A stretch of DNA of 64,000 nucleotides, taken from assembly GCA_003446775.1 (NCBI GenBank), contig DMCH01000158.1, positions 21,650 to 85,649 on the forward strand, given 5' to 3'. Position 1 is the first letter of the stretch. Each line of letters starts with the position of its first letter. The notes beneath the pieces were generated by a model that was not told the origin of the DNA, did not search any database, and was given only the letters and a program-made list of their open reading frames with translations. This DNA comes from Chloroflexota bacterium. Its GTDB lineage: Bacteria > Chloroflexota > Dormibacteria > Dormibacterales > Dormibacteraceae. Shown here piece after piece: positions 24,901 through 32,954 of this stretch. The translations under genes and the position numbers were made by a program.

Positions 24901-26068
24901 AGCGGCATCGGGCACCTCCGTCGTCTTCACCGCCAGCGCCTCGAACTGCCCGAACCCGCTGTACCAGTTCTGGATCCTTGCCCCCGGGGGCACCTGGACG
25001 GTCGCGCAGGCCTACTCCACCACCGCCACACTCAACTGGAACACCACCGGCCTGGCCGCCGGCACCTACTACGTCTCAGTCTGGGTCCGCGACGCCAGCA
25101 GCGCGGGCGCCTACAGCAGCAGCTCGGGCACCTATGACGCTTATGCCCCTGGTGTCGCATACACACTCACGACCACGGCCTGCACCTCGGTGACCGCCTC
25201 GGCGGCGCCGCCCTCGCCGTCAGTGCCGGGCACGGCAATCACCATCACCGGCAGTGCCTCCGGCTGTCCCAACCCGCGCTACGAGTTCTGGATCCTGGCT
25301 CCCGGCTCGAGCACCTGGACGATTGTTCAGGCCTACTCCAGCAGCGCCGCATTCAACTGGACCACGACCGGACTGGCAGCCGGCACCTACCACTTCTCGG
25401 TCTGGGCCCGCGACGCCAGCAGCGCGGCCGCCTATGACACTTACGTCCCCGGCTTCCCATACATGCTGACGTCCACAGCCTGCACGGCGGTCACCGCCTC
25501 CGCGGCGCCGGCTTCCCCGCAAGTGGCGGGCACTGCCGTCACCATCACCGCCAGCGCCACGGGCTGCGCTAGCGCGCGCTACGAGTTCTGGACCCTGGCC
25601 CCCGGGGGCAGCTGGATGATCGCGCAGGCCTACTCCCCAAGCACCACGTACAGCTGGACCACAACCGGACTGCCCGCCGGCACTTACTACTACTCGGTGT
25701 GGGTCCGCGACGCCGCCAGCGCGGCCGCCTATGACGCTTACTTCCCAGGCACCACCTATGCGCTGACGACCACGCCTTGCACGTCGGCGACCGTGTCTGC
25801 GGCGCCGGCCTCACCGCAGGCACATGGCACCACGATCACCATCAGTGCCAACGCCTCGGGCTGCTCCAACCCGCTCTACGAGTTCTGGATCCTGGCCCCC
25901 GGCGGTAGCTGGACGGTGGTTCGGGCTTACTCCACCACTGCCAGCTTCAGCTGGAACACAACCGGACTGCCGGCCGGCACGTACTACTACTCGGTATGGG
26001 TTCGCGACGCCAGCAGCGCGAGCAGCTACGACGCTTACTTCCCAGGCACCGTCTACGTCCTGGTCTGA
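21941..26068 (+). CDS. Secreted giant Asp-box (BNR/Ycf48-like) multi-propeller protein with Cys-pair blades and four C-terminal two-Cys repeats
   Basis: GTG 21941 (ATG 21974 is possible). Signal-like MAAISLFMSLSISVLGVSAATP. About 20 units of the pattern [IV]SCPSxSxC[YF]AVG...T.[DN]GG.TW. Repeats start at 24863. Confidence 0.8.
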   Translation: MGGRLGRGFAVMAAISLFMSLSISVLGVSAATPKPPVPSSAGSQSSSPSVEGDPTGTRQAKPRTASPRQLSPALTTGGSWSWQNPKPNGNLLTAISCPAASTCFAAGQDSPILTTVNGGSTWSQQVRAAGVNSISCTSTTFCVAVGDFGLVMTTADAGSHWAAQTVNGGNFLAGVSCPTASVCFSVGYAGSILYSGNGGSTWTAQASGTTANLFGINCPSVSICYAVGAGGVITGTANGGTTWSVESSTTSLVLLAISCPSITTCAAVGAIGTIVSTTTGGTTWSLIGSETRANLFGISCPSTSLCFSAGDDGEVHVGFSVISGNASVGADGGLWAISCPTATECLTAGDFGTVAVTTNGGSGWSLQLQGLAGPVSGMSCPSTTTCFAFDQGTILGTTDGGSTWPQLFTSTLIYFNSISCPTTSVCFAAGLPYFNNAMLYATTDAGKTWNPELYPNPLVGQEHLTSISCATTTNCVAVDSSNTIGTTTDTITRTTDGVHWSSPTFGPCFGQCPGLIAVSCPTASVCFLITTAVPGQVWSSVDGGTNWVVSFDVANDPQAVSTGGFSAISCPSATVCYAVGPGPASPGPGGVYATTTDGGVTWRTDNGPSSTSVTGISCPSVSTCYVSATGASIFHTADYGGTWDVQLGNTNAWYFSVSCPTTTVCFAGGSGGAAGGIISATTTAGAAWTRPKPAGSTNSIFGVSCGSSSDCYAAALNNILVSHNGGSTWATQTLTTGDQVVGMKCASATTCYAVGWPGAIYKTIDSGTTWTYQANPLSGADTTLLGVSCWSLSACVAVGTDGDVLSTSDGTAWGLENSTTFNNLYGVSCPSSSTCVAVGTNGTALTRTGNSWHADPSGTTSSLAGVSCPSAASCYAVGQTGTVLMTNNQGSSWTAQSSGVTNVLTGIGCVRTYFCLASGTLGTALVTLDGSHWSALATPTINTLLGVAMPDPNHAWLVGNGGTILANASLFPWTCTAVTESAAPPSQAASGTSVVFTASASNCPNPLYQFWILAPGGTWTVAQAYSTTATLNWNTTGLAAGTYYVSVWVRDASSAGAYSSSSGTYDAYAPGVAYTLTTTACTSVTASAAPPSPSVPGTAITITGSASGCPNPRYEFWILAPGSSTWTIVQAYSSSAAFNWTTTGLAAGTYHFSVWARDASSAAAYDTYVPGFPYMLTSTACTAVTASAAPASPQVAGTAVTITASATGCASARYEFWTLAPGGSWMIAQAYSPSTTYSWTTTGLPAGTYYYSVWVRDAASAAAYDAYFPGTTYALTTTPCTSATVSAAPASPQAHGTTITISANASGCSNPLYEFWILAPGGSWTVVRAYSTTASFSWNTTGLPAGTYYYSVWVRDASSASSYDAYFPGTVYVLV
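24863..26065 (+). repeat. Coding tandem array, 4 units
   Basis: Units start CTAVTESAAPPSQ, CTSVTASAAPPSPS, CTAVTASAAPASPQVAG and CTSATVSAAPASPQAHG. The protein ends YVLV*. Confidence 0.9.
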
Positions 26069-26114
26069 GGTCACAGCGCCCGACTTCGGTTCAATTTGAC
26101 CTGGTAGGCGGCCC

Positions 26115-28289
26115 GTGGGTTACCGTGGGCTGATGCGCAGGCAGCTGGGATGGCTGTGCTTGTTGCCCCCGCTGGCCTCCCTGACCTCAGCTCAAGCCGC
26201 CGCGGCCGGCGTGTCGTTCACCTCAGCGACGCATGCCGCCACGGCGCCACCGCAAGTCCCGCCGTCCGACGCCGCGGCCGCGGCCCCGGCGCTCGCCGCC
26301 GGTTCTGATTACGGGCCGGCGACCTGGGTGCCGGCGAATCCGGCCAACTACAGCTATGGCAACCGCCCGCACGACTACCCGGTGCAAATGATCATCATCC
26401 ACGACACCGAGAGCAGCTACGCCACCGCGATCCAGGATTTCCAGGACCCGACCTGGGCCGCCTCGGCGCACTACATCGTCTCCAACCTCGGAGACATCAC
26501 ACAGATGGTGGCTGAGAAGGACATCGCGTGGCATGCGGGCAACTGGGACTACAACACGCGATCGATCGGGATCGAGCACGAGGGCTACGCGTGGACCTGC
26601 TGCACCTTCACCACGGCCCAGTACGACGCGAGCGCAAAACTCGCGGCATCCATCTGCTCGCGCTGGGGCGTCCCGATGGACCGCACGCACGTGATCGGAC
26701 ACAACGAGGTGCCCGACCCGAACAATCCTGGCCTGTTCGGTGGCAGTGACCACCACACCGATCCAGGGCCGTACTGGAACTGGACGTACTACATGAGCCA
26801 GGCGAATTCCTACGCCAACGCACTCCCAAGTCCGCCGCACATGATGCCCGACCCAGTCGCTGTCTTGAACAGCTCGACGAGCGCGACCGTCACCTGGCAG
26901 CCGGCGCAAAGCTGCCACTCCCCCATCACCAGCTACACGGTGACCGGCCAGCCGGGCAACCTCGTCACGAGCCTTCCGGCAAATGCGACCACGGCGACCT
27001 TCACCGGCCTCCAGCCCGGCGTGACCTACACGTTCACAGTCACCGCCAACAACGCCGTCGGACAGGACACGCTGACCGCGTACTGGCGCTGCACGGTATC
27101 CAGCCTGAGCGCCGCACCCGCCTCGCCCCAGCCATCCGGCTCAACAGTGCCGTTCTCCGGCACATCGGCAGGCTGCCCCAACCCGCTGTACCAGTTCTGG
27201 GTGCTGGCGCCTGGGGGCACCTGGACGGTGGCTCAGGCGTACTCAGGCAGCGCCACTTTTAACTGGAACACCATCGGACTGGTCGCCGGTACCTACTACG
27301 TATCGCTGTGGGCCCGCGACACCACCAGCCCAGGCACGTCCTGCAGCAGCTTGGGCTGCTATGACGCTTTCGTGCCTGGCACCCCGTACTCGCTCACGAG
27401 CACGCCCTGCGGGTCGGTCACCGCTTCGGCGGCACCCGCCTCCCCGTCCCTGGCAGGCACCACCGTCGCATTCACGGGCAGTGCCACGGGCTGCCCGCAC
27501 CCGTTCTACCAGTTCTGGATCTTGGCCCCCGGAGGCAGCTGGACGATCGTGCAGGCCTACTCCACCAATGTCACGTTCAACTGGAACACGACCGGACTCG
27601 CGGCAGGCAGCTACCTCTATTCGGTCTGGGCCCGCGACTCGGGAAGCGCGGCCAGCTACGACAGCTACTTACCTGGCACCGCATACACCCTCACCTCGAC
27701 GTCTTGCACGTCGGCGACCGCGTCGGCGTTGCCGGCGTCTCCGCAAGCTGCAGGCACGCCCGTCACCATCACCGCCGGCGCCTCGGGCTGCCCGAACGCG
27801 CGCTACGAGTTCTGGATTCTTCCTCCAGGAGGCAGCTGGATGATCGTGCAGCCTTATTCGACCAGCGCGACGTTCAACTGGAACACGACTCCGCCGGCGG
27901 GCACCTATCTCTACTCGGTGTGGGTTCGCGATAACAGCAGCGCGGCCGCCTACGACGTTTTTGTTCCTGGCGCCACGTACACGCTGACCTCCACAACGTG
28001 CGCATCAGTGACAGCGTCAGCAGCGCCGGCCACCCCACAAGCGCATGGCACTACGATCACCATCACCGCCAGCGCCTTGGGCTGCCCTAACGCGCGTTAC
28101 GAGTTCTGGATCCTTGCTCCTGGGGGCAGCTGGACAATTGCTCAGGCCTACTCCAGCACCGCCACGTTCAACTGGAACACGACCGGCCTGCCCCCCGGCA
28201 CGTACTTGCACTCGGTCTGGGTCCGCGACGCCAGCAGCGGGGCCAGCTACGACGCCTATCTCCCGGGGACCGCGTACACGCTGACGTGA
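26115..28289 (+). CDS. Secreted N-acetylmuramoyl-L-alanine amidase (amidase_2/PGRP-type) + FN3 with four C-terminal two-Cys repeats
   Basis: GTG 26115 or ATG 26133 (MRRQLGWLCLLPPLASLTSAQAAAAG, signal-like). Amidase_2: MIIIHDTESSYATAI...SAHYIVSNLGDITQMVAEKDIAWHAGNWDYNTRSIGIEHEG...HTDPGPYWNW. FN3: ATVTWQPA...YTVTGQPG...ATFTGLQPGVTYTFTVTANN. Repeats start at 27090. Confidence 0.85.
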   Translation: MGYRGLMRRQLGWLCLLPPLASLTSAQAAAAGVSFTSATHAATAPPQVPPSDAAAAAPALAAGSDYGPATWVPANPANYSYGNRPHDYPVQMIIIHDTESSYATAIQDFQDPTWAASAHYIVSNLGDITQMVAEKDIAWHAGNWDYNTRSIGIEHEGYAWTCCTFTTAQYDASAKLAASICSRWGVPMDRTHVIGHNEVPDPNNPGLFGGSDHHTDPGPYWNWTYYMSQANSYANALPSPPHMMPDPVAVLNSSTSATVTWQPAQSCHSPITSYTVTGQPGNLVTSLPANATTATFTGLQPGVTYTFTVTANNAVGQDTLTAYWRCTVSSLSAAPASPQPSGSTVPFSGTSAGCPNPLYQFWVLAPGGTWTVAQAYSGSATFNWNTIGLVAGTYYVSLWARDTTSPGTSCSSLGCYDAFVPGTPYSLTSTPCGSVTASAAPASPSLAGTTVAFTGSATGCPHPFYQFWILAPGGSWTIVQAYSTNVTFNWNTTGLAAGSYLYSVWARDSGSAASYDSYLPGTAYTLTSTSCTSATASALPASPQAAGTPVTITAGASGCPNARYEFWILPPGGSWMIVQPYSTSATFNWNTTPPAGTYLYSVWVRDNSSAAAYDVFVPGATYTLTSTTCASVTASAAPATPQAHGTTITITASALGCPNARYEFWILAPGGSWTIAQAYSSTATFNWNTTGLPPGTYLHSVWVRDASSGASYDAYLPGTAYTLT
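27090..28286 (+). repeat. Coding tandem array, 4 units
   Basis: Units start CTVSSLSAAPASPQ, CGSVTASAAPASPS, CTSATASALPASPQ and CASVTASAAPATPQAHG. Confidence 0.9.
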
Positions 28290-28328
28290 GCTAGCCTCAG
28301 TTCCATAAACTTCGGACCGGCTAACGCA

Positions 28329-29456
28329 ATGGAAGGACTCGGGAGGCCCACCTCCTTCGCGAAACTGATCGGGCGGAAGCTTCAGCACGAATCTTTCACG
28401 CTCCTCGACGTTGGGTGCAGTGGCGGTCTTGACGAAGCGTGGCGGAGCTTTGGGCCGAAGCTGCGTGCATTTGGCTTCGATCCAAACATCGCTGAGTGCA
28501 AGCGGCTCGCCTCACTCGAGTCCAACGCAAACGTTCGATACATCTCAGCCTTCGTCGGCGTTCCGCCCGACGATGCGTTCGTACAGAGGAAGGGAAACCG
28601 ACCGGACATCAGCAAGAATCCGTGGGATCGCCTCAGCGTTGCGCGCTCTCTTGAAATCAATGCCGGCAATGCGAGCTCAGTGTCCGAGTCCGACACAACG
28701 AAGTTCAATCTCTGGCAGAAGACTGAGCTCGCGGATCCAAACAAGCCTGTTTACCTGACGAGCTTTGTCAAGGAGAACGGGGTTGCCGACATCGACTTCG
28801 TCAAGATTGACGTCGACGGCGCCGATTTCGGGATTCTGTCCTCCCTGGACTCCGTTCTTGAAACACACAGGGTGCTTGGAGTTGGCCTGGAGGTGAACTT
28901 CGTCGGCTCCGAAGCCGATACGGACCACACCTTTCACAACACCGACCGTTTCATGAGAACCCACGGATTCGATCTGTTTGGGCTCACTGTGCGGCGCTAC
29001 TCAAACAAGAGTCTGCCCGCCAAATACCTGTCCTCCACGCCGGCTCAATCAGAGTTCGGCCGCCCGCTCCAGGGCGATGCCCTGTATGCGCGAGATGTCG
29101 CCAGCCCGGAGGGAAACGCTCTCGCGGATGAGCTGTCCGACGAAAAGCTGACGAAGCTCGCGGCCACGTTCTCTCTGTTTCAGCTCCCCGATTGTGCCGC
29201 CGAGCTCTTGCTTCGGTTTCGTCCCAGGCTGTCCAATGTTGTCGACGTCGACCGGTCTCTCGATCTCCTTGCGGAACAGGCTCAAGTGGATCGTTTTCGA
29301 AACCTGCCTTACCGCACCTACATGGCGGCGTTCGAGGCCAACAGTCCCATGTTTTATCGAAGTCGGTTCTGGCCTCTGTCCGAAGGCCCGCGCCTTGTAC
29401 GCAGAGGCTTCCGGCTGGTCGCAGAGCGCTTCTCACGACGCGGCCGTTTATCCTGA
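28329..29456 (+). CDS. FkbM-family methyltransferase
   Basis: LLDVGCSGGLDEAW...FGFDPN and ADIDFVKIDVDGADFGILSSL fit the FkbM pattern. Confidence 0.6.
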   Translation: MEGLGRPTSFAKLIGRKLQHESFTLLDVGCSGGLDEAWRSFGPKLRAFGFDPNIAECKRLASLESNANVRYISAFVGVPPDDAFVQRKGNRPDISKNPWDRLSVARSLEINAGNASSVSESDTTKFNLWQKTELADPNKPVYLTSFVKENGVADIDFVKIDVDGADFGILSSLDSVLETHRVLGVGLEVNFVGSEADTDHTFHNTDRFMRTHGFDLFGLTVRRYSNKSLPAKYLSSTPAQSEFGRPLQGDALYARDVASPEGNALADELSDEKLTKLAATFSLFQLPDCAAELLLRFRPRLSNVVDVDRSLDLLAEQAQVDRFRNLPYRTYMAAFEANSPMFYRSRFWPLSEGPRLVRRGFRLVAERFSRRGRLS

Positions 29457-29483
29457 TGTTGGTGCACGTCGAGATCACTTCCT

Positions 29484-29543
29484 CGCCCCGCTCCCCGACC
29501 CTCTCCCCTGCCGGGAGAGGGGGTCTGGTTTACTGATCTGAAG
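29484..29543 (+). repeat. Family-B palindromic element
   Basis: TCGCCCCGCTCCCCGACCCTCTCCCCTGCCGGGAGAGGGGGTCTGGTTTACTGATCTGAAG. Shares the CCCTCTCCCC/GGGAGAGGG hairpin and the ACTGATCTGAAG tail with 18283-18331. Confidence 0.65.
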
Positions 29544-29570
29544 CGGGAGTATTACGCCGAATACCGTCAG

Positions 29571-30296
29571 GTGGAGGACGTCCACTGGTGGTTCGTCGGC
29601 CGGAGGCGGATCCTGCTGCAAGTCCTGGACAGGTACCTCGGCGCGAGCAACGGGCAGGAGAGGCGGATCCTCGACGTTGGATGCGGGACCGGAACGATGC
29701 TGACCCACCTGGCGGCTTATGGGAAGGCCCAGGGGGTCGACATCGATGAAGAAGCCGTGGGGTACTGTCGCGAGCGCGGCCTGACCGATGTTCAAGTAGG
29801 CGCGCTCGAGAAGCTCCCATTCGCCGATGCGTCGTTTGACCTTGTGACCGCGCTCGATGTTGTCGAGCATCTCGACGACGATCTCGCCGCTCTCCGAGAG
29901 ATAGGTCGGGTGCTTCGCCCTGGCGGCCAACTTCTGATGACCGTTCCGGCCCATCGCTTTCTGTGGGGCGATCAGGACGAGGTCAACATGCACAAGCGCC
30001 GCTATGTCGCGGCCGAGATTCGGGATCGTTTGACAGCAACCGGATTCCAGGTGCGCAGGGTGTCGTACATGAACGCATTCATGTTTCCGCCCATCGCAGC
30101 CATACGATTGCTGCGCCGGTTTGAGCACCGCTTGCGGCCTCGGACCGCCCAGGAATCGGACTTCAGATACCCAGCGCCTCGACCGGTGAATTTCCTCCTC
30201 GCCCAGATCTTTGGCGCCGAGGCGCCCATTGTCAGACGCGTCAATCTGCCGATTGGCGTGTCCATTGTGGCGCTGGCGTCCAAGTCAGCGGCTTGA
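29571..30296 (+). CDS. Class I SAM-dependent methyltransferase
   Basis: EDVHWWFVGRR, ILDVGCGTGTM, and LPFADASFDLVTALDVVEHLDDD...LRPGGQLLMTVP. GTG 29571. The in-frame CTG 29538 would add LKREYYAEYRQ, which is typical of this family's N-terminus. Confidence 0.8.
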   Translation: MEDVHWWFVGRRRILLQVLDRYLGASNGQERRILDVGCGTGTMLTHLAAYGKAQGVDIDEEAVGYCRERGLTDVQVGALEKLPFADASFDLVTALDVVEHLDDDLAALREIGRVLRPGGQLLMTVPAHRFLWGDQDEVNMHKRRYVAAEIRDRLTATGFQVRRVSYMNAFMFPPIAAIRLLRRFEHRLRPRTAQESDFRYPAPRPVNFLLAQIFGAEAPIVRRVNLPIGVSIVALASKSAA

Positions 30297-32038
30297 GCGC
30301 TGTCGCACGGTCGGTCACCCCGACACCAGAACTAAAGCAGTGGCCTAGCCTCCGGACAGTAATCGGGTGCTGCGTGGCAGCCGCCGTTGCGGTCGCCATC
30401 GATGCGTATTTCAACGCCCAGCAGGGATACATCTCTCGCTCCCCGGACTACGACGGCGTGGGGTATCTCGTGACCGCGCAAGGAGCGTACGGCGCGCTTC
30501 GTTCATTTCATCTGCGGACCGCTCTTCACCTGCTCAACAGCAACATCGCTCCTCTATGGATCACGGCGCTGACGATCCAGCAGTTCATCTTTGGCGAGGG
30601 GACATGGCAGTTCTTCACGGCCAGGTTCTGGGGCGTGGCGCCGCTCCTCACCCTTGTCTACTGGATCGTTCGCAACCGGAGCAGTCGCTCGATGGCAATC
30701 GCCGCTGTGGGCCTGACCGCCCTGCTGCCCATTGCCAGCGCCGGTGTTCGGGCGAGCTCATGGGAATTTTTTAGCGGTCAGGCGATCTACGGCGAGTTCT
30801 GGAGTCTGGGTGATCTCCGACCCGATTTCTTCGCCATCGTGATGGCCCTGTGCTCCATCGTTCCACTCGCGGAACGCTACCGGGCTCCGACCCTGTCGAC
30901 CTACATCGTGTCAGGAGCATTTGCAGGCGCCGCCGTACTTGCCAAGCCGTCGACAGCACCAATAGTGCTCTTTGCCTGGGTTTTGACTCTCGGCGTCATC
31001 TGGTTTTGGAACCGTGGCCGGCGAAGCATTCTTCGCATGACTGCTCTGGCCGGGGTCGTAATGGCGGTGTTGATCGCCCCGTGGGCTGTGAGGGGTGGGA
31101 TCTCGGCGACCATAGACCGCTACTACTCGGCTGCCGTGACTTACAAAGGTGCGTACAGCACGGTCCTCGATTTCCCGGACTTGATCATGTACTTCCTCCG
31201 CACGATCCCGACGCAACTCGGCCACATCGAGGCCTGGTTCGTGATCGCGGGATCGATTGTGCTGGTAGTTGCCCTCCTGCGCCGGCAGCTCGAGTTTCCA
31301 GAGTGGATCTATGGCGGACTTGCCATGCTCTTTTACGCCAGCTTGACGTCGACGACGAACAAGAACGTGAACGTGGGCGTGTATTTCAACCTATCGCTCT
31401 GGATCTTCTTCCTGGCCGGCGCGTCGCGCCTGGTGAGCAGACAGTGGCCGGTTGTCACGACTAAACGTGGGTCGCCATTCGTGCTGGCTTCAATCGCCGT
31501 TTATGTCGTCGTGATCTATGGATTGGGAGCCGTAGCTCTCGCCAACTGGCCGGCCAACGAAACACGATCGAACGCCCAGCTGCTCTCGGTCACCAAAGAG
31601 GTCGCCCACGAGATGGGGCATTTCATATCCGCAGGTCAGTGTTTCGCGCAAGCTCCTGGTCCAGGCTGGCCGGCTTCACTCGAATACTTCATGACCGACT
31701 CCCAGGGGAGGCAGCCTTACTCGACTTCAATCGACGTGGATCCCTCACTGCCGATCAACGAGTACGTCGCTCAAGCCAGTCAATGCCCGGCGGTCATCTC
31801 ATACCGAGAGGACATCACAGAGGTGGCCAAGATGTTCGTCGCATTTCCCGTCCGCCAGCCTTACCTGCGCGCGGTTGCCGACTGGGTGCGAAGTCCGAGC
31901 AGTGGATACACCCTCGACCGGAGCTGGCAGTTCACCGATATTGCTTCAAACGGTCTCCACACTCTCGGTCACTACCAGGGATATTCGTTGACCGTCGATC
32001 TCTTCATCCGAACGTCGGGAAGTCCCATTTCACCTTGA
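30293..32038 (+). CDS. Polytopic membrane protein, possible GT-C-fold glycosyltransferase (ArnT/PMT-like)
   Basis: 581-aa ORF with more than 10 hydrophobic segments. The first loop carries an acidic motif, SPDYDGVGYL. A soluble C-terminal region follows. TTG 30293 overlaps the upstream stop (TTGA). The function call is tentative. Confidence 0.5.
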   Translation: MSAVARSVTPTPELKQWPSLRTVIGCCVAAAVAVAIDAYFNAQQGYISRSPDYDGVGYLVTAQGAYGALRSFHLRTALHLLNSNIAPLWITALTIQQFIFGEGTWQFFTARFWGVAPLLTLVYWIVRNRSSRSMAIAAVGLTALLPIASAGVRASSWEFFSGQAIYGEFWSLGDLRPDFFAIVMALCSIVPLAERYRAPTLSTYIVSGAFAGAAVLAKPSTAPIVLFAWVLTLGVIWFWNRGRRSILRMTALAGVVMAVLIAPWAVRGGISATIDRYYSAAVTYKGAYSTVLDFPDLIMYFLRTIPTQLGHIEAWFVIAGSIVLVVALLRRQLEFPEWIYGGLAMLFYASLTSTTNKNVNVGVYFNLSLWIFFLAGASRLVSRQWPVVTTKRGSPFVLASIAVYVVVIYGLGAVALANWPANETRSNAQLLSVTKEVAHEMGHFISAGQCFAQAPGPGWPASLEYFMTDSQGRQPYSTSIDVDPSLPINEYVAQASQCPAVISYREDITEVAKMFVAFPVRQPYLRAVADWVRSPSSGYTLDRSWQFTDIASNGLHTLGHYQGYSLTVDLFIRTSGSPISP

Positions 32039-32124
32039 CCGAACCCAGGCGAGCGGCCCCACCCGGCCTGGACAGAACAAAGTCCCGGCTCCCCATCCTG
32101 CCGACCGCTACGCGGCCGGCCACC

Positions 32125-32171
32125 TTCCCCACAAGTGGGGAAGCCGCCGACCTCCCCACAAGGTGGGGAGG
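32125..32171. repeat. Family-A hairpin pair
   Basis: CTTCCCCACAAGTGGGGAAG at 32125-32143 and CCTCCCCACAAGGTGGGGAGG at 32151-32171, preceded by CCGA as in 2064-2087. Confidence 0.65.
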
Positions 32172-32196
32172 TACATGTCCTTGGCATAATTTGTCG

Positions 32197-32913
32197 ATGC
32201 TCACCAGGGTCCACCGCAAGCTATTCGTTCGCGAACCTCGGTTCGCAAGTTTTCTCGCACCCGACGCGCTGGCCATCAACGAAGCGCGCCTGAAGCACCT
32301 CGCAACTCTCAATCTTCCGATTGAAAACAAGTCCGTGCTCGAGGTGGGAGGCGGCATCGGCCTGTTGACCGGATTCTTCGAAGAGCGCGGATGCACCGTG
32401 ACTTCCACCGATGGACGGAAGCAAAACGTCGCCGAACACAAGAAGCGCCATCCGGAACGACGGCTCGCGAGGCTGAATCTCGAGCAGCCCGGAGCCATTG
32501 ACGCCATGGGGAAGTTCGACGTCGTCTTCTGCTACGGAACCCTTTATCACCTGGCGAACCCCGAACCCCCTCTCGAGGCCCTGAGCCGAATCTCGGACAT
32601 GATTCTGCTCGAGACTGTCTTGACTCCGGGTGAAGACGAAGCTGTTCCTAACGTGCCCGAACTGCTCTTTGCGAACCAGGCTTTGAAGGGCACCGGCTCG
32701 CGACCGACGAGAGCGTGGGTTCTAAACCGATTGAAGCGCTTTTGGGGTAACGGCTACATCTCGGTGACCCAGCCGTCGCATCCCGACTTTCCGCTGGACT
32801 TCAGCGTGCCCAAGACCACCCTGAATGTCAGGGCCATCTTCGTCGGAAGCAAGAAGCCGCTGTCGAATCCTTTGCTCTCCACCGAAGTGCCCGTCCGGCA
32901 CTTGCCGATTTAA
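32197..32913 (+). CDS. Class I SAM-dependent methyltransferase
   Basis: ATG 32197 (MLTRVHRKLF) inside track ORF 31639..32913, whose 5' part overlaps the upstream gene and the repeat element. Motifs: VLEVGGGIGLLTGFFEERGCTVTSTD, FDVVFCYGTLYHLANP. Confidence 0.75.
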   Translation: MLTRVHRKLFVREPRFASFLAPDALAINEARLKHLATLNLPIENKSVLEVGGGIGLLTGFFEERGCTVTSTDGRKQNVAEHKKRHPERRLARLNLEQPGAIDAMGKFDVVFCYGTLYHLANPEPPLEALSRISDMILLETVLTPGEDEAVPNVPELLFANQALKGTGSRPTRAWVLNRLKRFWGNGYISVTQPSHPDFPLDFSVPKTTLNVRAIFVGSKKPLSNPLLSTEVPVRHLPI

Positions 32914-32954
32914 GCCCCTCACCCTAGCACTCTCCCCGAAGGGGAGAGGGAATC
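32913..32954. repeat. Family-B palindromic element (no ACTGATCTGAAG tail)
   Basis: AGCCCCTCACCCTAGCACTCTCCCCGAAGGGGAGAGGGAATC. Sits between convergent gene ends, so it may be a bidirectional terminator. Confidence 0.6.

Noticed and set aside
2096-28289. Whether the variable-head, constant-stalk family reflects a diversity-generating retroelement, phase-variation shufflon or mobile island.
   Set aside because: I found no reverse transcriptase, invertase/recombinase, transposase, integrase or template-repeat/variable-repeat pair with adenine-specific differences anywhere in the window. Variation is between whole domains, not hypervariable codons.
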